The position numbers and the translations under genes were made by a program. Under the pieces are notes generated by a model, which was not told where the DNA came from, ran no database searches, and saw only the letters and a program-made list of their open reading frames with translations. Below, in pieces: positions 11,400-24,901 of a DNA stretch of 64,000 nt. The DNA lies in NCBI GenBank assembly GCA_050084515.1, contig CM114271.1, positions 46,128,001-46,192,000 on the forward strand. The letters are read 5' to 3'. Source of the DNA: Blasia pusilla. Lineage: Eukaryota. Position 1 is the stretch's first letter. Each line of letters begins with the position of its first letter.

Positions 11400-13010
11400 G
11401 GATAACCTCAATGCCATAGCGGCAATCTGCTCTTGTAGCTGTTGTATCTAAGCATCCATCCTAGCCTCACGTTCGGTGTTTTCCTCGACGCGTCTAGGTG
11501 GTGGTACTCCAACGGGACTACAAGGTGCACGATCTATAGGCCCACCCGGACCGGCTACTTGCGCTGGTGCCCTCTTTGGCCCTCGGTCCGGACGTAACTC
11601 AAGATGTAAATTGAAACATATGGCGCGTATATGACCATACCTCTGACAATAGTCACATTGATAACCTCTTGGTGCAGCACCATCTCCTCCTCCATTCTGA
11701 GGAACATGTCCATGAACTTGACGAGTGCAATCGCGCTGATAATGGGCTCCACCACATGACCAACAAGTAATAGTAGGCGGCTGCTGGTGAGCCGCATATG
11801 AAGGCGCAGGTCTCTGTGGCATGGCCTCCCGATATCCTCTCTGAGCTCGTGGTGCCACAGTCGCACTATCTCAGAGTCCACGTTGCTGCAGAGGTGGTGC
11901 AGCCAATCGTGACTCCTCTCGCCCAGAACCCATGGTGGCTACGCTCTCCTCCACCATGTTGCGCTCAATGTTCTCGACGGTCCTAAAAACATCTCTCAAC
12001 ATAGGGGAGGTGTTCATAAGAAGCACCCCCTCCCGCACCCGTGTCCGCAGGTCCGGCCCAATATCGCGTACCATGACTGGACAGCCTGAGCCTCCGTCAC
12101 CCCCTGAGTGACGTTGATCAACCGGCGCAAGTGAGTGTAAGCCTTGCGCAAACTCTCACCTGGGCGCCTCTGGAAGTCGTGGATGCTCCGCAACTTCTCC
12201 GTCCGTACCCCCTGGTAGCTGGCCCTCAACTCAGCAAAGAACTCAACCATGGGGTTGAACCTGGGACGAACCCGACTAGATGGTGCAACTACTCGAGTCC
12301 GAGAGACCCCTCCTAAAACATCACTAGTGGAAGAGGAAGTAGCCTCTCTTGACTCCTCCTCCTCATCTTGGAACGGCTCCGTCCATGACACATAGAATGG
12401 GTCATAGTAGAGTCGCCATGCCTCAATCTCCTTGGCATATATGTGGGAGAACTCATGGTAATCATCCATGGGCGCCCCCTCTAAATGCTGGAACATATCG
12501 TTCCATGTTGTAAAAGGGTTGAACTCTCTAGAGTTCTTGGCCTGTTGGGAGTCGCACCAACTCCTAAACTCTGCTATGAAATCGTGCAACTCAATCGTGC
12601 CTACTGCACCTGAAAACCTATGTAGTCCTCTATCCCGATCATCCATCTCGTACGCCCAACTGGTAGGACCACTCACAATGTATGGCGATGTGCTTACAAA
12701 ATCCTCTTCACCCTCCCCCTTGTTTGACAATGGCACAGAAGGAGGTCGAGGTGGTCCCTCACGTGGAGACCCACGGAACCTCGTGCCACTCCGCGTAAAA
12801 CCTCTAGAGCTACTCTCAGGTTCATCACCTCGCCTCTCAAAGTCTCGAACAGACGCCGTGATGACCCTCGTGCCCCTCTCACCCGATCACTCTCAACCTT
12901 GCGAGTAATCCCTCAATCACTCATCCCAAGCATGCGGCAGTCCATCTACATTCTCCCTCCCCGAGACGTATAACGTGTGGCAACACGCGGCGTGGTGCGG
13001 CTAATCGACC
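11400..13010 (-). pseudogene. gag with two CCHC zinc knuckles, copy A (start uncertain)
   Basis: CWSCGGAHYQRDC and CDYCQRYGHIRAIC; gag-like FQRRPGESLRKAYTHLRRL. Confidence 0.85.
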
Positions 13011-14456
13011 AAGCTATTATCTCATCGACAACCTACCCTTAACTCCGGACATCTCATGCAGGTCTATGTCCCCTAAACCACATACATGAATGATGCTCTC
13101 AGCATCCACACAAACCAATATCCCCAAATAAACTACCCAAATCCTAGAATCCCTCACACGTGTAGGGTAAAGGACCAGAATGGGTAACCTGAACACATGT
13201 TGATGCTGCTCCTCAGCAACTGCAAATCTTGACCCCAACTCGGTGGTGAAGAAAAATCCTCCAATCAGCAAGTCGTACTCCTTTCATACTGACGCTGCTC
13301 AACCTCCTCGATGTGCGGTGTAGGTCGAGTAGTCCGGTGCAGCACTGGAAACGCGGAACCGCTACAAACAGCATGGCACTTGGGAATTGGGTGCGGCAGT
13401 TGGCGGCATACCCTCCTCAATCAAAAATTCACACGCTCTGATCCTTAATGAAGGAAGGGTTCCGCGATCAAGATGGTGCGGTGTGGCCACTAGCGGCACA
13501 GCGCACCAATCGGCGGCGCGTTGCGGCTACGGGCGTCAAAGACGGTACTCAATCGACGTCGAGCGGTTACCAATCACAACATAGCAGCATGAAATCAAAA
13601 CTCAAACACCCTGACCGGAGGTTATCTGCCATCACTGGTTGATGATGACATTGCGATGACGGTGGCGGCCAAAACAAAGTACATGGTGGCGACGCAAGTT
13701 AGAGAATCAAGGAACGTCGTGGAAGACCCTCCACTCCGTAATGGCGGTAATGGCAACCAAAGGGTGGACAACGGACGGTGGACCGTTGACAGTGACGGTT
13801 GACCATTGATGGTGACGGTTGACCGATGACGGTGATGGTTGACTATCAACGGCAAACCGTTGATGGTGACTATGACGGCGGCGGCCACCGCCAGCGTGGC
13901 GGCTGTTTTAGGGTTTGAACAATTTAACCCTAAAAATTGCCTAGCAATGGCAATTTTACAAGATTGACCATAACTTTTTGCTCGCAACTTTAAATTACGC
14001 ATTGTTTATTGCACAACGTGCACAACTTCATGTTCTACGATAGCGTCAAAAAAAATTTAGAATCACAAATTTCAATAAAAATTGACGGGGATTGTCGTAA
14101 AGCCCAATGTCTCTTTCTCCTACACAAAATTTGGCAGCGCTTCGGCGCTGATTTCTTCCAACGAAAATGTAAGACGTGTAAAAAATCAAATCAGCAAGCT
14201 AGATGGTGCTCCCGAGAGCGCTGGCATGGGGCAACCTGCCCCCATAATCAATCCCTATCAAAAATTGGGCAGCGCTTCCGCACGCCACTCTTCCACACAA
14301 AAAATCGGCAAATGCAAAGAACAATCAAAGCAGCCCTTGCTGCGGTGAGCACTCCCATGAGCCGCTGAATGGGGAACACGGTCCCCAACCTGCCAAAACA
14401 GCGAGTGACCAGCGAGCTCCCCCATGAAGCTCTCTCACTCTCTCATTCTCTCTTTG

Positions 14457-14979
14457 TAAAGTAAGATCCAATCTCTCTCTACACCATCTCACACCATAGC
14501 TCTCAAAGGTGTGCACTCTCTCTCATGTCAAACCAAACCCACTCTAATAATGAGAGGCTTGGATTACACTCACAAGGCAAGGGACCACAGCTCTGCCGCC
14601 TTATGCCAAGAGGTTCAACAAAGAGAGAATGAGCTCTCAAGCTCTCAAGCTCTCTCTCTTGGAGGTATACCCCCTTCCCTCTCCCAAGCCCTCTAAAAGG
14701 TAACCTATGCTTGTAGGTCACCTCCTTGGCTCTTGACCTGCTGTAGCGGGTCAAAGGCTACTTCCCAAAGTGGAAAGTCAACTATCCCCAACATGGAAAC
14801 TTACCCAAAATTAATTATATATATATATATAGCTCCAAATGAGCCGAAACGAAGGGGAAACCTATTCTCTCAGGTTTCCCGCGGCCTCAACAAGTCATCC
14901 TTGACCTCTTGGGTCTGTCCTCCACTACTCGTGCAGTCGCTCTGCTAGATCCCACTGATCTATCCTTATAGTCGTGACA
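14457..14979 (-). repeat. 5' terminal repeat A1 of copy A
   Basis: Matches 4968-5484. Not followed by B sequence or by a TGG-type tRNA primer site (next bases on - are AAGAGAGAATGAGAG). Confidence 0.92.
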
Positions 14980-14983
14980 TTCA

Positions 14984-16217
14984 TCAGGGAGACTATGTGT
15001 ACTCGCAGCACACAACATCCACGACATTGGATGTGATTGCAGGGCTTACCATCTTGAGAGTGCATGAGATTTTGCCATCTAGTGTTCTCTTATTAGAGGG
15101 ACGCGATGATATGGTTTGGAAGGACCATGTGCGTAATCGTGCGTCATGTCACCTTCCTAACATTGACGATACAGTTGATCCGAGCCTAGCAGTAGTTCAT
15201 GCAGGCTTGCGATGTATGTTGTGTGGTTGCGCCCGTGGTGCAGCTACTATGCTAGTCTATGATGGTGTTCGAGAGGATGGCATATGGCATGTTTGACGCC
15301 ATCCCTCAGTAAGATTCCCGAGGGACGATGGATGTGTCACAGATGTACATAGGGTAGGTAGTTCTAGATTCCGACTTGTGTCTGTGATATGGATGAAAAG
15401 AAGGCGACTAACGATGGGGCCATATGAGCACCCAACCTTCTTGCTCTTAGCGTCCGAGAGATGTATATCATGGTAGGTAGGGATAAATGGCTATCTAGAG
15501 TTAGAGGGACCTAACCACCAACTAGGGGGGGGGGGGATTGGAGATATTTTGGTACTTCTTGTCTCGTTGTTTGGATGCCATGAGTTAGCATGGGATGTAG
15601 CGATGTGTATGCGCACAAGAGCTGTCACGAATTTTTAGGATAGATCGAAGAGATCTGGTAGAGCGCCTTCGCGACTAGAGGCGGACAGGCTCACGAGATT
15701 GAGGATGACCTGTTGAGGTCATGGAAAACCTGAGAGAGCAGGTTTCCCCTTCGTTTTGGCTCATTTGGAACTATATAGACAAACTTACTATTTTGGTAAG
15801 TTTTCATGTTTGGTAGAGTTGACTTTCTATATTTGGAAGTGACCCCTGACCCGCTTCAGTAGGTCCAGAGTCAAAGAGGTGATCTACGAGCATAGCTTGG
15901 GAGAGGGAATGTGATATACCTCAAAGAGAGAGAACTTCAGAACTCATCCTCTCTTTGTTGAACCTCTTGGCATGAGACGGCGGAGCTATGATCTTGCGTG
16001 GAGCCAAGCTTATCATTAAGAGAGTGGGTTTGGTTTGACATTAAGAGAGACATGTGAAACTGCATCTTAGATTATGGTGTTGAGAGAGATTGGATCTATT
16101 TGATTTATTGGAGATATTTTGATATTTTTTATCTCGTTATTTGGATGCCATAAATTAACATGGGATCGTGTGTATTTATGTGTATGTTTGTCGACAACGA
16201 TGTGTATACATACGACA
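14984..16217 (+). mobile_element. Copy B right part: integrase C-terminus, PHD remnant, PPT (15524-15536), B1 (15537-15620), A2 (15623-16106), B2 (16107-16217)
   Basis: ORF 14997-15296 matches copy A INT/PHD; G-run precedes ATTGGAGATATTTT, which recurs at 16107; ends TACGACA. Confidence 0.9.
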
Positions 16218-17509
16218 AACCTCTTTGAGAAGACATTGTTTCAGTTCATCAAACCTCTTAGTCAACTACTCTTGATAGATGACCAAGAGGCTATGGTCTT
16301 GCTAGTTACAGATTGGTAGGATTCAAAAGTGGACCACAACTTGAGCTTGTAGAGACCTAGTGAGAGGTCTGCATGAAATGTGTGTTGATAGCAGATGGGG
16401 TTCTCAAGGGGAGAGTAAGTAGACTGATGGATCTCATTTTCCTAGACTCATCTGCCAACATTCTCAATCAGATCTCAACCTTCTAGGCTTGGATTCTCAT
16501 GAAGAGGGTGATGAGATGGACAAGATCAACAAGCAAGCTTCAGATCTCGGAGCCCAAGCCTCTTCCACAAACATCAAGAACCAGCCAGAATCAGAAGCAG
16601 CTCCACGACATAAGATCCACAAAAAGTCAAGTTTTTTAGATGAAGCCACCGTGAAGAAAGATTGACTATTTAAGTTATTGGAGTTCAGATTCAGAGACTG
16701 AATGATAGAGACCATCCATTTACGTGAATCTACCATCAGAATCCCGGATGAACTCTCTGGGAACCACTATCCTCAATACAACCCGTCCTAAAGTTTCTAA
16801 ATCAGTGGTATCTCTAAGAGTCGACATTTGGTTCTGGCTAGCCTCAGTGCTGCAACCAGTATCGCCTGGAATTTTGATTTTTTTAGCAACTGATGTGATG
16901 GGGATGGAAGTTGACAAGACACCAGATAGAAAATACTACAAAAAGAGTGAAGAGTCCGTATGGCGTTAAATTTGGCTCACATCTCCATTCAATCCTACAG
17001 CTTATCCCCTTGCATTTTGCAGCCTCTGCAGTTTGAATCAAGTTGGCATCCAGAGATGACCAAAATATGTGGCAGCAGGAGAAAGAGAACCACATAATAA
17101 GGCCTAGTAGTGGCCCTAAATCTTGTAATTTCCAGTATCATGGTCCTCTTAGTTTCCTTACAGAGTAAATCACTTCATTCTTTCATTCCCATGGCAGGAA
17201 AAAGTTCGTTATGTGTGATTAGAATCAATTCAGCCATTGGAATTGTTAGATGACTGAGACAGAGCTTAAGAAATGACGTTCAAAAGCAGAATCAGTTCAG
17301 TGAACATGGCATTTCAATGGATTTTGAAAAACTGTGGAAAGAATCAACAGAGATTGCCTTGAATGTTTCTAGAGACCAGGGATGCTAAAATTTGTTCAGA
17401 CGTTATGATATACACTGAACATCAATTCCAAGATAATGCCACTAAATAGGCTTTGTACGAGAGATGTAAATATTTACAACAAAGAATAAATTTGGCAATT
17501 ACTCTACAG

Positions 17510-20500
17510 TCACTCTAACTGTCCACTTCCACCGAAGATAATAGGCTTCAAAAAATAGTACTGCTCAAATCTTTGTCGTGCATACTCCAAATAGTTGAAG
17601 TCTATATCCGATGTTAGGGCCTGTGAAATACGATGCACAATCAAATTTTTTTGCATGGTAAGCACTTGTCACTTTGCTACTGCTTAATTAAAGAATTGAG
17701 TACCTTAAGATCAAAGAAGCTAGTTAACAATAAGTGCGGCATCATAACACTTCATCTACTTGGGAAACCTGAGATGTGGCAATCCAAAATCATCCACTAT
17801 CTGAAAAGTTTGGATAGACTAGAAACACATTGCCTGCTTGAGAACATTGTCCTAGTATTGATAAACAGATTCTCCTCACAATTATATGGCTTCTTTATTT
17901 GAAAGAGATGATCTTCAAGCAACTTCTCGCATTGGCTTCGACCAGCAAATAAGCAGTTTGAATAGGAAATTAATGGGAGGTTGGTACTGCAACAACTCAC
18001 AGAAATGATTCCCCATAGACCCCACAGTAGATGACTGGCAAGTGTGTATGCATCGGTAGCCTTCATCAAATCTTCGATATCAGTCTCATGAACTGTCCCA
18101 TCTACATTGGCATCACAATCATCCACCGAATATTGGTTAGTTTCAACACACAAACTGTACTTTGAACTGTCGACATGATGCAATAAGATATCAGGACTCA
18201 ATCCTGACCTAACCTGCAGAGATCAATCCCTAATCTGTGAGTCTACACTGTTGTGCCTAGCTGTAGTGCATGGAGCTAAGGCTGAATGTGGAACAAGCAT
18301 CATTGCAGTGAAGCTTCCCCCAATGACATATGAAATATGACAAACACAGTTCTCACCTAGAGCTTGTAGGTAAACTGTAATGAATATTCGACGCTCTTCA
18401 TAATCTGTGCCATGAAGGATCACATGCTAAACTCATTAAAATTGATAGGCAATGATTCACTGGTGGTATGAACATGGAAGCATAAGTCAAAGCCCTCCAT
18501 AATAACAGCATTAGGAAGCAGACATCAGTTGAGCAAGCATCACACACTGACTCCATTTGAGCGTATTCCTGTACCAAAGTTGGCCAAAAGTCTTCATAAG
18601 CATGCCATCATTCTGCAGTCAATGCCACTCTACAAGTATCATCTAACGCTACCCTACCATGGCAGCAGATGGCAGGAATCGGCAGAAAGAAATTGCAAAA
18701 AGAGTTCTTTCTTTGGAGCTGATATCTGCCATGGAGAGTCCAAACATTCAGATGAAGGGAGACTTAGAAGTTTGCACTTCTAGTCCCATTCAATCTATAA
18801 TATGCATCATTAGATCCACTTATTGTTCTTCTAGTTGTGGACCACACGGTAGCTGTTCATGAAGACAATCCAGTCATGAGTTTCAGTCACACAAATGTGC
18901 ATTCATCATTCGTTTCACCAAGAGAAGGTTACTCACGAGGAAATTTGCCATAATCCAGGATGTGAGGTGTATCTGTGTGGTAGTCGGCAGCCATTTCACA
19001 AAAGTGGTTAGCGATGTCAAATGCAACTGGGTTGAAACTTGCGTACTCATAGTCCTGTTACACGACAAACACAACATGATCAGGCTAAAAGCTTATTACT
19101 TCTTGTGAAGAGTCGTCATTTCACACAATAGCCCCACAATTGAAGAGACGTACTAAGAGGTGATAATGAATGAGAAGTGCAAGAAGCATAATTGCTGCTA
19201 CAACCAACCAACGAAGAGCCCTAGTGCCAAACAACCAGCTTGCATCCTGCATGGCCAGAACATTGAGTGAAGGAGAGAACCTACAATGATAGTGATGGTG
19301 TTATCATTCTCGTCGATCATGACATTCCCGTACTGCAGATCATTGTGACAAAATCCAATCATTTCGTCTGGCGTTCGTATTCTTTTCTCCAGTTCAGCTA
19401 TCTCTTCACTTAAATGATGCAGCCGAAATTCCACTATATGGCTCGTGCTGGCCCTCTTCAAAGTTTCATCTAACCACAAACTGCTGAGGGGAACACGGAT
19501 TACTCAGATGACCAAATCATTCCAGTCGAATGAGACGGGTGGCGTTCTCCTGTGGCTCGGAACGGGTACTTTCTCAAGATGATTTCTACACGTCCAGCTG
19601 AGATTGTAATATTTTCAAAGAACACACGAAACGAATCGACCAACGCAAGTGCAGTCAAAGAGCATCAACCTGAGGCGTTGCCATAGAAAGGGCTGTGCTG
19701 CTCCGGGCATGTCGAGTCCATGGAATTCCCTCAGCTTCACGGCAATCTGGTTCGACACTTCGGGGACCCGCAAGTCTGCAGCCGACAAAGTCTGCTCCGC
19801 CCACAACCCAACAAAAACAGATCAGAGAGCTGCGACAACGTCGAGCAATGCTGTCGACAATCTGAGTCAGTGAACCTGATCCCAGTCTCCAATGAGCAAC
19901 GGTGCAATGGAAAACTCTGGGTGCTTCGTATCCAAGCTCTCTCCCGAACTCCCCTGGCTCATCATGGCCAGCCCCATGGACAATTGCCTCAAACGACACC
20001 GCGCAAGGATAAAGAACGGCAGAGCCTAACTAGTTCATTGGAGAAAGTGTACGATAACTAGTTCATATTGGAGAAAGTGTATGGGCGGGTGTGGACTAGA
20101 GTTGGAAGTGTTGTAGAACGGGGATGTTCACCGTTTGTAGACAAGAGTTGGGCAGTGTCGATTACACATCCGCTACCAAATGATAGCCCATTTCACTTCT
20201 GACCGTCAGAGATAAACTGCAATGAGCTGTACCCTGGCATGGAGAAACTCTTCGACGCGGCCGTTGTGAAATCTAGCGAGCAATTGAGGACCTTGTCCCT
20301 GCTGAGACATCCTCTCGAACGTCAGAATTTCGCTCTCTCTGCTGAAGAAGAGCTCTGAGCTCTCTCCATACACACGCACCAACACCTTCCTGGGCTTCCC
20401 ACGGTGCTTCTTCGACGCCCAGAGACACTCGAAGACTTGATTGGTCATGGCACCCCTCAGTGGCTTCAGAGACAGGTTGCGGTAGCTGGAAATGTCGGTC

Positions 20501-20798
20501 CAGTTTTTGGCTAACCTGAAACACAGCACATCCATCAGCAGAAGGAAGCACTGGAAAACTGAAAAAGAAGCATGAATTCGCCTTCCATCTGACTGCCTGC
20601 ACCGAAATTCTTCTCCCCGGATACGACTCTGCAGTCGCCTTCGGACTCGCAACCAGGCCCTGCACCCTAAATTGCAGCAACGCTCTACATCTATCAAAAC
20701 GAAACCCCACAAGCCATCGAGGGAGAAAGAAATGTACCGGTGCAGAACGGCATACGCTTCCACTGGAATCTCCCAATCATCATCCAAGCTTCCAGCAC
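17510..20798 (-). CDS. Choline/ethanolamine kinase; exons approx 20798-20738, 20515-20233, 19791-19670, 19480-19285, 19054-18937, 18404-18357, 18101-18001, 17620-17510; start codon not located
   Basis: [37 protein letters not shown] (Brenner motif), [41 protein letters not shown] junctions with consistent phases. Confidence 0.9.
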
Positions 20799-21256
20799 CT
20801 GCTCCAGCCACAATCACCGTCGAGTCAGTCAACCACGCGAATTACCATTCCTCACTGCGAATTCGATTCACACAAGTCTGCGAACCCCATTGGCCTCCTC
20901 CAGACGGCGCGGAGCCAACAATTCCACTCACTCGGAGCTTCGTGGATGTCATACCTAGTGGAACAGCGCGCAACGCCAGGTCGTCCATATACGAGCACAA
21001 CTCCATAATTCACCCTCTTCCCTCCCCTCGAAACCAATAACAGATTAACCACCACCTGCACTCTTCTGCTCCGTTCCAGACTCGTCCTTCTCCTGCTCCT
21101 GCTCCTTTTCCTTTTCCTTGTCCTGCTTCTGTTGCTGCTACTGCCGACTTAGGCCAGCGAGACGGAGACGCTGTGGGCTCTCTCTCTCTCTCTCCAGAGA
21201 ATCCTGTCTAGCGAATTATCTCTGCATAAATCTCTCTCGGATCCTCCTCTCTAGCG

Positions 21257-21291
<35 letters not shown>

Positions 21292-23667
21292 CTCCTCTCT
21301 GGCGAATCCTGCACTATGTGATACCCGATCCAGCGCGACCTTACAAGCAAAAAAATAGAATCGGTACAAATTCAGTGTGCGCAACGCCGCGATCCGATCT
21401 CTCTCCCTCTCCTTTCCTTTCCTCTCTTTGTAGAGCTCTGTGTGTTTGTGAGTGCGGGAGGCGTGAGCGGCAATCCACGTGGGGGCTGTGGGGGCGACGG
21501 CAGCGGATCTGCGAGGCGCTCTCTTGCGGAGAGAGAGAAAGAAAGAATGTTCTTGTCTGTCGCGACTGACTGAATGGTGATGACGACTCACGCTTTACCC
21601 GATTCGCTCCGTCCCTTAGTCCTAATCTCGACTCTTAAGCGTTTTTGTTTAGAAGACGAACAAAATAGTTATGGGGAGATCGGAAATTAACCCGAAAGTT
21701 CCTTTAGGATTCGAGTGACGTGTGCATAGGATGATTTGGGGCTTACGAGTTTAAGAGGTTTGGATGTACAGATCCATCCATTTAGGATTCCACTTCATTT
21801 TCTTTTTTACTTCGCATTAACATCCGCATAATTAAAAGAGGAAGGGGTAAGAGAAATCTTCCTCCCTCCCATGTGGACGCGTGTCACCCGTCTTTTCAAC
21901 CTTCCTCCCATGTGGACGCGTGTCAGATTTAAGAAACTAACGGGACCAAGGATTTAACGGATGCCTGAAACGCCTTTCCCATCACCCGTACATAGCAGGA
22001 GCATCACACTAATACTACTTAAATGAGGACACTATTTAAAAGGATCCCTGTTGTTTGGGCCATAGTGATGTGGGATAAGAGTGAAAGAAAGGTGGATGCA
22101 GGAAAGGAGTTTGACATTATTAAAAAATAATCCCTTTCCCTCTAATCAATGGTGTCAAAACTCGAAAGAGGCTACTCATATGCTTTTCATCTCTCAAAGT
22201 CATGATCTTTTTTATTCCTGAAAAAACAATTCACTAAAAATCAATTGATAGTGAAGATAATTTTGATATATTTTCTCCTTTGAGATTTGGAAGGAAAGGG
22301 GCCAAGACTAAATATTCGAAGGACTATCCAAACATCCCCCCTTCCCTTATGTTGTATGTTATAAAACCTTATCCTTCACACGCATGGATAGGTCACCAAA
22401 GGATCCACCTCTATACTATGAGGCAATAATTATCCTTTTGAGAATGGAATTTCACACTTACTTAAAAAATGACGTCTTTTAAAACAAAGAAAAATCTAAC
22501 TAAGGAGGTTTTCTACAAATCTAGACCATTGCATTGAACAAATAACCAATAGGAAAAAATAGTCAATGCTAATACATTTGGATTTGTTTTTACACGTGGA
22601 CACATATATGTCCAATAATGCTTTTCCACAACTAAAAGTCTATTCCTTGCAATGTTAAATTCCGTATAGGATAAGAAGATTTTTTCTTCTAAGTATCATC
22701 CTCTCTTCAAAGTTTTAATTTTCACGACGCAAGTCTAGCCCCTAAAGAACGCATATCCTCCCCTATTCTAGGCCTCTTTTCCATCTCTGTTATTTTTCTC
22801 TTGGAAGAATATTTTTTTGATTTTTAAACACATATTTGATTATTACATGACCCTTGGACAACAATAAAAATAAATTCTTATTACAAACACCACCAAAAGA
22901 AAACAATTGAATTTGACATTGGGTATAACATAACAAACTTCTACTAGTAGTATACAATACGTGCCACGCATAGAGTGAAAGGATTAATCATATCGCACAA
23001 AAACTCAAACTCTTGTGTGATTTGCTATAGTAATATGAAAAATATTTTCTTGATGCCTAATTATCACTTTCTAGCATCTTGTCCGCGCGATGTTTTCTTG
23101 TTAGCACTTAGTTAAATGCTCTTGTATACATGTCAATATGGGAGACTTAAAAAAGGCGTTTGGAAGGAGGGCTTCCCAAACCCCGCCCTCTTTACGCCCC
23201 CTACAATACGTGGTTCCGAGCGTAGTGACAACACAATGGAAGATACTCTGCGAGATTTTTTACCTTTGGATATGAAGTTTTGAACGGTCGAATGGTGGGA
23301 TGTGGTTGAATAGATTTCATGTCGTTAATGCTCTCACATGTTACTCCACATTGGAATCAGATTAGTAGTGTTCTTCAAATATGTGAGTAAGCCGTATTAA
23401 TCTTATGTGAATATCCATAGTCCGGCTTAAAATTAAAAAACTCAAAATTTTAAATTAAAAAATGGGTGGGTCAAGTTACTTTTAAGGTGTGTGGGTCGAG
23501 TTTGTTTGAAGTTCCTATTCTAGCTTGTGGCGGGGGCGATTTCGCTTCGATGGCATGACGTTGATGCGATTTAGTCCTCTTTGATGGCATGACAACATCG
23601 ATACTATACCACCATAGATGTAAAGCATGAAACTTGATGGTGTGGCAACAAGTGGCACCCCTTTCTC

Positions 23668-24827
23668 AATCATGCACATACACATTGTTATGCAACAAAC
23701 ATTGTTGTCACCATCCATACACTTATAAAATAAGTCACCCTACCAATAATGAAGTTCGTACATTTCCAACGATCGTATACCAAAAAGATCTCCAATTTCT
23801 CCCCTTAGTGATGGTTACGTTCCTCTAATCCAATATAGACATCAATCCATTCTACTATGGCATATTCCCTAGTGATATTAAGAGGAAAAAAGTTAATGTT
23901 CTCATGTGGCCCTATTGTTAATTTCCTTATTATCATCAATATCACTCAAGCAAATCCAGATCTATAATTACCTTTCTTATGTACATCTTGGACATATCCA
24001 TCATCCCTAGGAAACCTTAACTAGCAAGAAATGGATCTAAACATGCATGCCATGTGCCACCTTCTCAAACACCCATCATAGATTGGCATGAGAGTCACGC
24101 CTTTGGCCGATCCACACCACATACAACGTCAACTTGCATATACCACCACCAAGAATGGGTCAGCCGTTCTAGCAATGTTGGTGTTGCAAATAGTTAAGTC
24201 TATGGTGTCAGAGACTCGAGAATAGAGTCATGATATTGGGTCAAAGATAGAGAGACCTTGGTGTGACCCACCAAAGATAAAACCTAGACTAGCTAGTTAC
24301 AAGACTACAAAGGGCAGTAAAACTTATCGCAAGACTAACACTAGTCAAAATGGGCTTGCATGCACCTTGAGACTAATCTTAGAAGATACAGGGCGTTACC
24401 ACTCATGAATATGAGGGTGAGGCCAAAAAGGGATAAGACCCTTAAGATGAGTTCCGAATGAGGGGTGAATAGTTAGGAAGATGGGAATGACCAAGAAGGG
24501 AAAAATACCATGCATGTAAGACTAGTCACAAAACACAAAAAGCGGGAAGACAACACTACGACGCCAAATGGTGAGAGTCAAGATGGGCTCTAGACATGAG
24601 ACATAAAAAACATACGGTAAGGTTCCAAGATCTATATGAGTTTGGGGAAGTCAAGATGGGCAGAATCTGCCAAGAGACTTCCCAAGTCATCTACAGCTTT
24701 GACTAATCAAACGCGGGCTAGCGAGACACAGACCACATTTTGGTTGTGGACCAAATCCAAAGGCCCAAAGTGGAGGATGGGAGAGGTGTGGTTCTTCTAG
24801 TGAACCCTATAAGTGACTATGGGGAGG

Positions 24828-24901
<74 letters not shown>

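Larger units (their letters stand above)
4840..14979 (-). mobile_element. Full-length (10.1 kb) decayed Ty3/gypsy-like retrotransposon copy A carrying DNMT and PHD domains, nested in copy B
   Basis: Domain order on -: gag, PR, MTase, RT, RH, INT, PHD. Sense-strand start TGTCACGAC at 14979; end GCGCACGATA at 4840 (CA>TA decayed). Flanked by TTCA at 4836-4839 and 14980-14983; removing it restores copy B codons W-R-F-H-Q-G-D-Y. Confidence 0.95.

Noticed and set aside
4840-14979. DIRS/Ngaro/PAT tyrosine-recombinase element
   Set aside because: Encodes an HHCC + DDE integrase and a protease, and has a TSD; no tyrosine recombinase motifs seen.
16300-17100. Possible degraded coding fragment after copy B
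   Set aside because: Stop-interrupted and no family recognised.
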